NCBI GenBank assembly: GCA_036267135.1
Contig: DATAWQ010000079.1
Span: 9,342-73,341, forward strand
From: Streptosporangiaceae bacterium
Lineage (GTDB): Bacteria; Actinomycetota; Actinomycetes; Streptosporangiales; Streptosporangiaceae
Reading direction: 5' to 3'
DNA: 64,000 nt
The position numbers were made by a program, and so were the translations under genes. Every line of letters starts with the position of its first letter. Positions within the stretch are counted from its first letter, which is position 1. Positions 56,759 to 64,000 of the stretch are shown here, piece by piece. The notes beneath the pieces were generated by a model, which was not told the origin of the DNA, made no database searches, and saw only the letters and a program-made list of their open reading frames with translations.

Positions 56759-57883
56759 ATGCAGATGGAACGGCGGCCACCGGGTGTGACGCTGGGCGGC
56801 ACGCCGCTGCAGTTCGTCGGCCGGGCCAGGGTGTACGCCTGCGGCATCACCCCGTACGACGTGACCCACCTCGGCCACGCGTCCACGTACGTCTGGGTGG
56901 ACGTGCTGGCCAAGGTGATCGAGGCGACCGGCGCCGAGGCGATCGTGTGCCGCAACGTGACCAACGTGGATGACGTGCTCACCGCGGCCGCGCAGCAGGC
57001 CGGCGAGCCCTACGACCGGTTCGCGGCCATCGGGCAGTTCTACTTCGACGGCGACATGTCGGCGCTGGGGGTGCGACGGCCCGCGCTGGAGCCGCGGGCG
57101 CACGCGTACGTGCCCCAGGTGATCGCGCTCGCCGCCGGGCTGCTCGAGCGCGGGCTCGGCTACGAGCGGGACGGGCAGGTGTACTTCCGGGGCGGCGACC
57201 TGCCGGCCCGGGCCGGGCTCGACCCGCGGCACGCGCTGACCCTCTCGCAGGAGTACGGCGACCGGCCGGACGACCCGGCCAGGGACGAGCCGTTCGACGT
57301 GCCGGTCTGGCAGGCGTCCAAGGACGGCGAGCCGGCTTGGGACAGCCCGTGGGGGCGGGGCAGGCCGGGCTGGCACGCGGAGTGCGCGGCGATGGCGCTC
57401 GACGCGTTCGGCCCGTCGGTGGACGTGCAGGCCGGCGGCGCGGACCTGCGTTTCCCGCACCACGCCTACCAGGCCGCGCTGGCCGAGGCGCTGACCGGCG
57501 TGACCCCGTTCGCCCGGGCCGCGCTGCAGTGCGCCGTGGTCAGCGTGGACGGCGCCAAGATGGCCAAGTCCACGGGCAACCTGGTGCTGGTCAAGGATCT
57601 GCTGGCCGGTTACCCGGCGGCGGCGATCCGGATGCTCATCCTGGACCATCAGTGGAACGCGGACTGGGACTACCGGCGCGAAGACCTGGACCGGGCTGGA
57701 GCCAGGGTGGAACTGCTGGCCGCGGCGGCGAACCGGCCCGGGCGCGGATCCGGCGACGCCGCGCAGGCCGCCATCGCGGCCGCGCTGGCCCGCGACCTGG
57801 ACGTGCCGGCCGCGCTGGCCGTCGCCGAGGAGGCCGGCGGCAAGCCCGCGGCCGAGCTCGGCGCGTTCCTCGGGCTCTGGTAG
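56759..57883 (+). CDS. MshC-family class I ligase (cysteine:GlcN-Ins ligase-like; possibly a divergent paralogue)
   Basis: 374 aa. CGITPYDVTHLGHASTY (HIGH-type), NVTNVDDVL, WGRGRPGWHAECAAMAL, GGADLRFPHH, KMAKSTGNLVLV (KMSKS-type). Shorter at the N-terminus than the mycobacterial MshC I recall. Confidence 0.7.
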   Translation: MQMERRPPGVTLGGTPLQFVGRARVYACGITPYDVTHLGHASTYVWVDVLAKVIEATGAEAIVCRNVTNVDDVLTAAAQQAGEPYDRFAAIGQFYFDGDMSALGVRRPALEPRAHAYVPQVIALAAGLLERGLGYERDGQVYFRGGDLPARAGLDPRHALTLSQEYGDRPDDPARDEPFDVPVWQASKDGEPAWDSPWGRGRPGWHAECAAMALDAFGPSVDVQAGGADLRFPHHAYQAALAEALTGVTPFARAALQCAVVSVDGAKMAKSTGNLVLVKDLLAGYPAAAIRMLILDHQWNADWDYRREDLDRAGARVELLAAAANRPGRGSGDAAQAAIAAALARDLDVPAALAVAEEAGGKPAAELGAFLGLW

Positions 57884-57995
57884 CGCGGGTCATCCCGGCC
57901 TAAAATCCGGGCAGCTAGCTGGGACGGGCCGGCCCGAGCGGGCCCGCGGGGGTTGGGAGCGCGCCACCTCTCCCCCGGCCCTGTACGGGGCGGCC

Positions 57996-58472
57996 ATGGC
58001 CACCGACCCGGTCAGCGGCCACCCCCTCCTGTTCGGCGGGGACAACACCACGGCGAACTGCGACGTGAGCTGCCTGGCCCTGGAGAAGCAGACCTGGGAG
58101 TGGACCGGCAGCACCTGGCAGCAGCAATCGCCGGCCTCGTCGCCGTCCGCCCGCGAGTTCGCCAGCCTGGCCGCCACGGCCGGCGCCACCAGCGGCAGCC
58201 TGGTCCTGTTTAGTGGCCTGAACGGCGTGACCACGGGCCCACAGGGCAACCAGACCAACACCGAGTCGTTGCAGGGCGACACGTGGACCTGGAAGGGCGG
58301 TAACTGGGTGCAGCAGAGCCCGGCCACCAAACCGCCCGCGCTGTACGGCGCGACCATGCCCGACAGCCCGGTGGCAGGCCACTATACGGTGCTGACCGGC
58401 GGCTACACCGGCGCGGTCACCGGCTCGCTCACCACCTACTCGTGGACCGGCAGCACCTGGGCGAGCGGCTAG
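57996..58472 (+). pseudogene. Kelch/beta-propeller repeat fragment (about 3 blades, no credible start)
   Basis: Repeats W(E/T)WTGSTW..QSPA..PPALYGA. The repeat-like frame (SPPALYGAAM) continues upstream of ATG 57996 back into the mshC-like gene with no start codon. Confidence 0.45.
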
Positions 58473-59026
58473 CCCTCGCCGGGGTCCACCATCTCGGTGG
58501 TGAGGGCCCAGCGTTCGTGGTCGCGCCAGGCGCCGTTGATGAACAGGTAGTCGGGCGAGGTGCCCTCGTAGCGGAAGCCGTTGCGCTTGACCAGCCGGAT
58601 CGAGGCCTCGTTGCCGGGCTGGATGTTGGCCTCCAGCCGGTGCAGGCCCAGCTCGCCGAAGGCGTACCGGATCACCAGCCGCAGCCCTTCGGTCAGGTAG
58701 CCACGGCCCACGCCGTTGGCGAAGGCCCAGTAACCGAGCGCCGAGTTCTGAAACCGGCCGTGCACGACGTTGTTCATGTTGACGCCGCCGACCAGCGCGC
58801 CGGTGTCGCGGGCGCAGACGTTCAGGCCGATCTTGTCCGCGGGCGGCTCGAAGCGGGCCACGTAATCGCGAAAGTCGCCGGGGTTGTCCGGCAGCTCCAT
58901 CCACGGGTGGTGCAGGCGGGCGCTCTCGCGCACCAGGCGGGTGAACTCGGCCTCGTCGGCGGCGGTGATGGGACGCAGGAACACCCGCTCCCCCACCTCC
59001 AGCGGCTGGGCGTCGGCGTCCGTCAC
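58469..59026 (-). CDS. GNAT-family N-acetyltransferase (RimJ/RimL-like)
   Basis: 185 aa. The GTG start overlaps the selD stop (GTGA at 59023-59026). YWAFANGVGRGYLTEGLRLVIRYAF, NEASIRLVKRNGFRYEG. Confidence 0.85.
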   Translation of the reverse strand: MTDADAQPLEVGERVFLRPITAADEAEFTRLVRESARLHHPWMELPDNPGDFRDYVARFEPPADKIGLNVCARDTGALVGGVNMNNVVHGRFQNSALGYWAFANGVGRGYLTEGLRLVIRYAFGELGLHRLEANIQPGNEASIRLVKRNGFRYEGTSPDYLFINGAWRDHERWALTTEMVDPGEG

Positions 59027-60108
59027 GACCCCTCCCGCAAGGTGATCTTTCCGGCCGGGCCGGCCACCACCTGGCCGATCACGGCCGCGGTCAGGCCGCG
59101 GCCGGTCAGGTCGGCGAGCAGCGAGGCCGCGGCGGCGGGCGGCGTGGCCAGCAGCAGCCCGCCGGAGGTCTGCGCGTCGTGCAGCAGGATCACCACCTCC
59201 GGCGGCACGTCCCCGGCCACGGTGAGCACGTCGTTCATCCGGGCGATGTTGGCGCGGGTGCCGCCGGACACATAGCCCGCCGCGGCCAGACCGGCCGCGC
59301 CGCACAGCAGCGGCACCTGGGCTGCCGTGATCTCGGCCGCCGCGCCGCTCGCGGTCAGCATCCGGTGCAAGTGCCCGAGCAGGCCGAACCCGGTGACGTC
59401 GGTCCCGGCCCGCACCCCCGCGGCCAGCGCGGCCTCGCTCGCGCCGGCGTTGAGCAGCGTCATCGAGGCCACCGCGGTGCGCAGCACCCGGTCGTCCACG
59501 GTGCCGCGCTTGAACGCGGTCGCCACGATGCCGGTGCCCAGCGGCTTGGTCAGGATCAGCCGGTCGCCCGGCGCGGCCCGGTCGATGGTGATCAGCCGGT
59601 CCGGGTCGGCCAGGCCGACCACGGCCATGCCGTACTTGGGCACCGGGTCGTCGATGGTGTGCCCGCCGGCCACCAGGCAGCCCGCCGAGGCCGCGATCTC
59701 GGCGCCGCCGCGCAGCACCTGGCCGAGCAGTTCCAGCGGCAGCCCGTCGCCGGGCCAGGCGGCCAGGTTCACCGCCAGCACCGGGCGGCCGCCCATCGCG
59801 TACACATCCGACAGCGCGTTCGCGGCCGCGACCCGGCCCCAGTCGCCCGGATCGTCCACGATCGGGGTGAAGAAGTCGGTGGTCAGCACCAGGGCGCGGT
59901 CGCCGTCGAGGCGCAGCACCGCGGCGTCGTCGCCTTCCAGCGCGCCGACGAGCAGGTCACCCGAGGCGGGTTCGATGGTGCCCATGGAGGCGAACACCGC
60001 TTCGAGCTTGGCGAGCGGCAGCTTGCACGCGCAGCCTGCCCCTGGGGACAACGAGGTCAGACGGGGCAGCGGCGTCGCGGTGGCTGGCCCACCGGGTCCA
60101 GGAGTCAC
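59023..60108 (-). CDS. selD: Selenide, water dikinase (selenophosphate synthetase), Cys-type
   Basis: 361 aa. N-terminal SPGAGCACK loop, TTDFFTPIVDDP, AANALSDVYAMGG, GGHTIDD, TDVTGFGLLGHL, DAQTSGGLL. Colinear with E. coli SelD. Confidence 0.92.
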   Translation of the reverse strand: MTPGPGGPATATPLPRLTSLSPGAGCACKLPLAKLEAVFASMGTIEPASGDLLVGALEGDDAAVLRLDGDRALVLTTDFFTPIVDDPGDWGRVAAANALSDVYAMGGRPVLAVNLAAWPGDGLPLELLGQVLRGGAEIAASAGCLVAGGHTIDDPVPKYGMAVVGLADPDRLITIDRAAPGDRLILTKPLGTGIVATAFKRGTVDDRVLRTAVASMTLLNAGASEAALAAGVRAGTDVTGFGLLGHLHRMLTASGAAAEITAAQVPLLCGAAGLAAAGYVSGGTRANIARMNDVLTVAGDVPPEVVILLHDAQTSGGLLLATPPAAAASLLADLTGRGLTAAVIGQVVAGPAGKITLREGS

Positions 60109-60155
60109 GTTCCGGCAGCGTACGCCTGGCGAAGCCGTTCAGTTAAGGGAATTTT

Positions 60156-60707
60156 CTAGTGCGCTATAGCCGCGATGGCTGATTCCAGCTGGCCGGCGGA
60201 GACGCGATCGAAAAAGGCCCAGGCGATACGCCCGCGCGCGTCGAGTATGTAGGTGGACGGCGTGGTGGCGGGCGCGACCGGGCCGAAGCTGGCGGCGATC
60301 AGGTCGTTGGGATCGCTGATGCTCGGGTAGCCGATCCGGTACTGCTGCTCGAAGGCCTGCCCGGCGGACGGGTCGTCCCTGATGTCGATGCCGACGAAGT
60401 GCACGCCGAGGTGACGGGTGGCGCCGGCCACCCGGGCGAGCACCGGCGCCTCGGCCTGGCACGGGCCGCACCAGGAGCCCCAGAAGTTGATCACGACGGG
60501 GGCGCCGCGCAGGCTGGCGACGCTCAGGTGGCCGCCGGCCAGGGTGGGGCCGGAGATCGCCGGGGCCAGCGGGCGCTGTGCCACCGCGATGACCGAGCCG
60601 ACCGCGGGCAGGCCGGACTTCTTGCCGTCGGTGAGCCGGAGCACGCCGACGACGATCGCGGCGGCGGCCAGCACGCAGATCACGGCGAACGTGACGCGCT
60701 TCCTCAT
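60156..60707 (-). CDS. TlpA/ResA-like membrane-anchored thiol:disulfide oxidoreductase
   Basis: 183 aa. N-terminal TM anchor and the thioredoxin motif [12 protein letters not shown]. Confidence 0.9.
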   Translation of the reverse strand: MRKRVTFAVICVLAAAAIVVGVLRLTDGKKSGLPAVGSVIAVAQRPLAPAISGPTLAGGHLSVASLRGAPVVINFWGSWCGPCQAEAPVLARVAGATRHLGVHFVGIDIRDDPSAGQAFEQQYRIGYPSISDPNDLIAASFGPVAPATTPSTYILDARGRIAWAFFDRVSAGQLESAIAAIAH

Positions 60708-60762
60708 GTCGCGCCATGCTACGAGACCGGGATTCGTGGTCAGGTAATGCGCCGGCCAAGAG

Positions 60763-60820
60763 ACCCCACCCCGGGTGGGGTAGGGTAGTGTGGTTCGCCG
60801 GTACCCACCCCGGGTGGGGT
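60763..60820. promoter_or_regulatory. Two CsoR-type operators (ACCCCACCCCGGGTGGGGT and ACCCACCCCGGGTGGGGT)
   Basis: GC-rich palindromes at 60763-60781 and 60803-60820, immediately upstream of csoR. They resemble the CCCACCCC-N-GGGGTGGG operator known for mycobacterial CsoR. Confidence 0.6.
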
Positions 60821-60845
60821 GGCCACGGGCGGGAGGAGGCCGGGG

Positions 60846-61154
60846 TTGAAGAGCGAGTACAAGGACGGGGCGCTGCGGCGGCTGCAGACGGCGGTCGGGC
60901 ATCTGCAGGGGGTGGTGCGGATGGTCGAGGACGACGCGTACTGCCCGGACGTGATGAAGCAGCTTTCCGCGGTGCAGGGCGCGCTGGAGCGGGTGAACCG
61001 GCTGGTGCTGCGCAACCACCTGGAGACCTGTGTGGCCTCGGCCATGCAGGAGGGCCGGGTGGAGGAGATCGTGGACGAGCTGATGACCGCGCTCAAGTTC
61101 GATCCCACGGTCACCGGGCCCGGCGACGCGGCGCTGATGCGGAGCGGCACGTGA
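60846..61154 (+). CDS. csoR: CsoR/RcnR-family copper-sensing repressor
   Basis: [43 protein letters not shown]...HLETC (Cys/His/Cys ligand pattern). Start placed at TTG 60846 after GGGAGGAGG; an alternative GTG lies at 60819. Confidence 0.88.
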   Translation: MKSEYKDGALRRLQTAVGHLQGVVRMVEDDAYCPDVMKQLSAVQGALERVNRLVLRNHLETCVASAMQEGRVEEIVDELMTALKFDPTVTGPGDAALMRSGT

Positions 61155-63352
61155 TTCAGTCCGGCCCGGCCCCGGAGCGTGTGACGGAACCGGGGCTGCC
61201 CGTGCTGAGGCTAGCGATCGACGGGATGAGCTGCGCGTCCTGCGCGGCCGGGATCGAGCGGGCGGCCAGGGAGCAGTCCGGGGTGGAGTCGGCCGCGGTC
61301 AGCTTCGCCGGGCGCAGCGCCACCGTGCGGTACCGGCCGGAGGCGACGGATCCGGACGCGATCGTGGCCGCGATCGAGGGACTCGGGTACCGGGCCACAC
61401 CGGCCGGGGCCGGGCAGACGCCGGATCCGGCCGAGGGGTACCGGGCCGACGAGCGCTACTGGGTGCCGCGGCTGCTGGTGGGCTGGCCGCTGGCCCTGGT
61501 CACGCTCGTGCTGGTGATGGGATTCGGCGGGGACGCGTGGGCCCGGTGGGCCGCGCTCGGGTGCGCCACGCCGGTGCAGTTCTGGATGGGCTGGCCGTTC
61601 CTGCGCACCGCGGCGGTGCGGGCCAGGGCCCGGTCGGCCAGCATGGACACGCTGGTGGCGCTGGGCACGCTGACCGGGTACGGGGCGAGCCTGCCCGCGA
61701 TCGCCGGCGGCGGGCACCTCTATCTGGACAGCGCCACGCTGATCGTCGCGTTCATCGCGCTCGGCCGCTACCTGGAGGCGAAGGCCAAGGGCCGGGCCGC
61801 CGGGGCGATCCACGCGCTGCTGGCGCTGGGCCCGCGGCAGGCACACGTGCTGCGGGACGGGACCGAGCACACCGTGCAGGTCGCGGACCTGCGGGCCGGG
61901 GACGTCGTGGTGGTGCGCCCCGGCGAGAAGATCCCGGCCGACGGGGTGGTGGCCGGCGGGGCCTCGGCGGTGCAGGAGTCCATGCTCACCGGGGAACCGG
62001 CGCCGGTGACCAAGGGGCCGGGCGACCGGGTGACCGGCGCGACGGTGAACGGCAGCGGGCTGCTGCGGGTGCGGCTGACCGCGGTCGGCGACGACACCGC
62101 CCTGGCCGGGATCGTCCGGCTGGTCGCCGCGGCGCAGGCGTCCACCGCGCCCGCGGCACGGCTGGCCGACCGGGTGGCCGCGGTGTTCGTGCCGTTCGCG
62201 CTGGCCGTGGGCGCCGCCACGTTCGCCGGGTGGGCGCTGGACGGGCGGGTGGCGGCCGGGGTCGCCGCGGCGGTGGCGGTGCTGGTGGTGGCCTGCCCGT
62301 GCGCCATGGGCCTGGCAGTGCCGGCCGCGATCATGGTCGGTACCGGGCGCGGGGCGCGGTTCGGTGTGCTGATCAAGAGCGGCGAGGCGCTGGAGCGGTT
62401 CCGGTCGGTCGGCACGGTCGTGCTGGACAAGACCGGCACGCTCACCGAGGGCCGGATGCGGGTGGCGTCGGTGGCCGGTGACCCGGACACGCTGGCCCTG
62501 GCCGCGGCGGTGGAGGCCGGGTCGGAGCATCCGGTTGGGGCGGGAATCGTGGCCGCGGCCAAGGAGCGTGGGCTGGCGGTCGATCCGGTGGACGAGTTCC
62601 GCGCGGTGGCCGGTCACGGGGTGACCGGGCTGGTGGGCGGGAGGCGGGTGGTGGCCGGGACGCCGTCGTTCCTGGCGGGGTCGGGGCTGGTGGTGGGTTC
62701 GGGCGTGCGGGCCGACGCGGCGCGCCTGGCGGGCGGGGGGCGGACCGTGGTGCTGGTCGGCTGGGGCGGCGCGGCCAGGGGGGCGGTAGCGGTGGCGGAC
62801 CGGCTCAAGCCCGAGGCGGCGTCCGTGGTCGCGGAACTGCGGGAGATGGGCCTGGGCGTGGTCATGCTGACCGGCGACGGCGAGGTGACCGCGGCGGCGG
62901 TGGCGGCCCAGGCCGGGATCGGCGAGGTCATCGCCGGGGTGCCGCCCGAGGGCAAGGTGGCGGCGGTGCGGCGGCTGCAGTCCGGCGGCGGGCGGGTGGC
63001 CTTCGCCGGGGACGGGGTCAACGACGCGCCGGCGCTCGCCCAGGCCGACCTCGGACTGGCCATCGGCACCGGCAGCGACGTGGCTATCGAGGCCGCCGAC
63101 GTGACGCTGGTGTCCGGGTCGCTGACCGGGATCGTCACCGCGATCCGGCTGTCGCGGCGCACCTACCGGGTCATCGCGCAGAACCTGTGGTGGGCGTTCG
63201 GGTACAACGCGGTGATGATCCCGCTGGCGGCGCTGGGCGTGCTGCCACCGGTCGCGGCCGGGGCGGCGATGGCCTTGTCCTCGGTCTCGGTGGTGGGCAA
63301 CGCGCTGCGGCTGGGCCGGTTCCGGCCGGGTCAGGACGTCAGCGTCGCGTAG
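61151..63352 (+). CDS. copA: Copper-translocating P1B-type ATPase
   Basis: 733 aa. The GTG overlaps the csoR stop (GTGA). GMSCASC metal-binding domain, TGEP, CPC (VACPCAMG), [15 protein letters not shown]. Confidence 0.95.
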   Translation: MIQSGPAPERVTEPGLPVLRLAIDGMSCASCAAGIERAAREQSGVESAAVSFAGRSATVRYRPEATDPDAIVAAIEGLGYRATPAGAGQTPDPAEGYRADERYWVPRLLVGWPLALVTLVLVMGFGGDAWARWAALGCATPVQFWMGWPFLRTAAVRARARSASMDTLVALGTLTGYGASLPAIAGGGHLYLDSATLIVAFIALGRYLEAKAKGRAAGAIHALLALGPRQAHVLRDGTEHTVQVADLRAGDVVVVRPGEKIPADGVVAGGASAVQESMLTGEPAPVTKGPGDRVTGATVNGSGLLRVRLTAVGDDTALAGIVRLVAAAQASTAPAARLADRVAAVFVPFALAVGAATFAGWALDGRVAAGVAAAVAVLVVACPCAMGLAVPAAIMVGTGRGARFGVLIKSGEALERFRSVGTVVLDKTGTLTEGRMRVASVAGDPDTLALAAAVEAGSEHPVGAGIVAAAKERGLAVDPVDEFRAVAGHGVTGLVGGRRVVAGTPSFLAGSGLVVGSGVRADAARLAGGGRTVVLVGWGGAARGAVAVADRLKPEAASVVAELREMGLGVVMLTGDGEVTAAAVAAQAGIGEVIAGVPPEGKVAAVRRLQSGGGRVAFAGDGVNDAPALAQADLGLAIGTGSDVAIEAADVTLVSGSLTGIVTAIRLSRRTYRVIAQNLWWAFGYNAVMIPLAALGVLPPVAAGAAMALSSVSVVGNALRLGRFRPGQDVSVA

Positions 63353-64000
63353 ACGATCACGTTGTTCAGGTAGTGGCGGGTCTGGGGGTCGAACGTGCCG
63401 CCGCAGGTGATCAGGCGGAGCTGCGGGGTCGGGGTCGCCCCGTACACCCGCAGCGTGGGGAAGTCGATCTTGGGGTACTCGCGGACTGAGTTGACGCTGA
63501 AGACGGCCAGGCGGTCGTCCTTCTCCTTGACGTAGACCTTGTCGTGGGGCCGCAGGGAACTGAGGTGGTAGAAGATGCCGGGGCCGGAGACGGAGTCGAT
63601 GTGCCCGGCGATGATCGACGAACCGATGGCGCCAGGGGCCGGGCTGCCGGTGTACCAGCCGGCCACCGTCGTGGTGGACGGCACCTGGAGCGCGCCCGAC
63701 CTGGTGAGGCCCAGGTGGATGATGTGGGCGCGCACCCCGATCACCGGGATCGTGATCGACACCGGCGGGGAGACCTGGTCGGAGGTCTCCGGCGGTGGAG
63801 TCTGCGGGTGCCCCACCGGGGGGAGCACCGGTTTGACCGGGGCCACCTTCGGCGGGGTGTAACCGCTGTGCCCGGCCATCTGCGCGCCGGTCACGCCACA
63901 GCCCAGCAGGACCAGGCCGATCGCCACCGCGACCACCGCGGGCCGGTGGGCCAGGGCCGCGGCGACCTTCAGCGGGCTGAGCGACTTCTTGCGGTGCCCG
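63331..64000 (-). CDS. Class F sortase (partial; 5' end runs off the window)
   Basis: SIIAGHIDS (His), LITCGG (Cys), R near the C-terminus. The reading frame continues past the listed GTG (63936) as [22 protein letters not shown] to the window edge. Its 3' end overlaps copA by 22 nt (convergent). Confidence 0.85.
   Translation of the reverse strand, partial: GHRKKSLSPLKVAAALAHRPAVVAVAIGLVLLGCGVTGAQMAGHSGYTPPKVAPVKPVLPPVGHPQTPPPETSDQVSPPVSITIPVIGVRAHIIHLGLTRSGALQVPSTTTVAGWYTGSPAPGAIGSSIIAGHIDSVSGPGIFYHLSSLRPHDKVYVKEKDDRLAVFSVNSVREYPKIDFPTLRVYGATPTPQLRLITCGGTFDPQTRHYLNNVIVYATLTS

Noticed and set aside
59023-60108. Possibility that selD itself is a selenoprotein (in-frame UGA)
   Set aside because: The ORF is uninterrupted and the catalytic loop reads GAGCACK with Cys codons. 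No in-frame TGA is present.
63331-63352. 22-nt convergent overlap of the copA and sortase 3' ends, considered as a possible antisense regulatory feature
   Set aside because: Short convergent overlaps are common in compact high-GC genomes, and nothing in the sequence, such as a hairpin or motif, singles this one out.

Overview
Very GC-rich actinomycete-type chromosomal segment with strong GC3 codon bias, many GTG starts and ATGA/GTGA stop-start overlaps. I support about 60 protein genes. I found no rRNA, tRNA, CRISPR array, transposase or integrase. The main result is a tightly packed minus-strand operon at 6642-14413. It encodes a geranyl-diphosphate C-methyltransferase, a 2-methylisoborneol-type terpene cyclase, a family 2B encapsulin shell protein carrying a cyclic-nucleotide-binding-like insertion, and a bifunctional geosmin synthase, followed by two coupled membrane proteins of unknown function. 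One shell gene sits between both classical earthy-odorant cyclases. Both cyclases carry Pro/Ala-rich disordered segments and share a GLGT-x-A-x-RFPAA motif, so I read this as a candidate dual-cargo terpene nanocompartment. SARP/NB-ARC/TPR regulators flank the operon. The rest of the window holds housekeeping and accessory genes: RecQ-PRTase and RecD2 helicases, a GH18 chitinase, a DmpA-type peptidase, an arylsulfotransferase, an aldehyde dehydrogenase, BlaI/M56, ArsR, CsoR-CopA and a class F sortase. It also holds a thiol/selenium cluster made of an MBL-rhodanese fusion, an MshC-like ligase, a GNAT gene coupled to selD, and a TlpA-like gene. Other observations are many short tandem repeats (multiples of 3 nt inside genes), a 16-20 nt motif found in four 5' regions, several gene relics and several candidate operators. 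All functional calls come from reading the translations and recalling family motifs. No database search was run.
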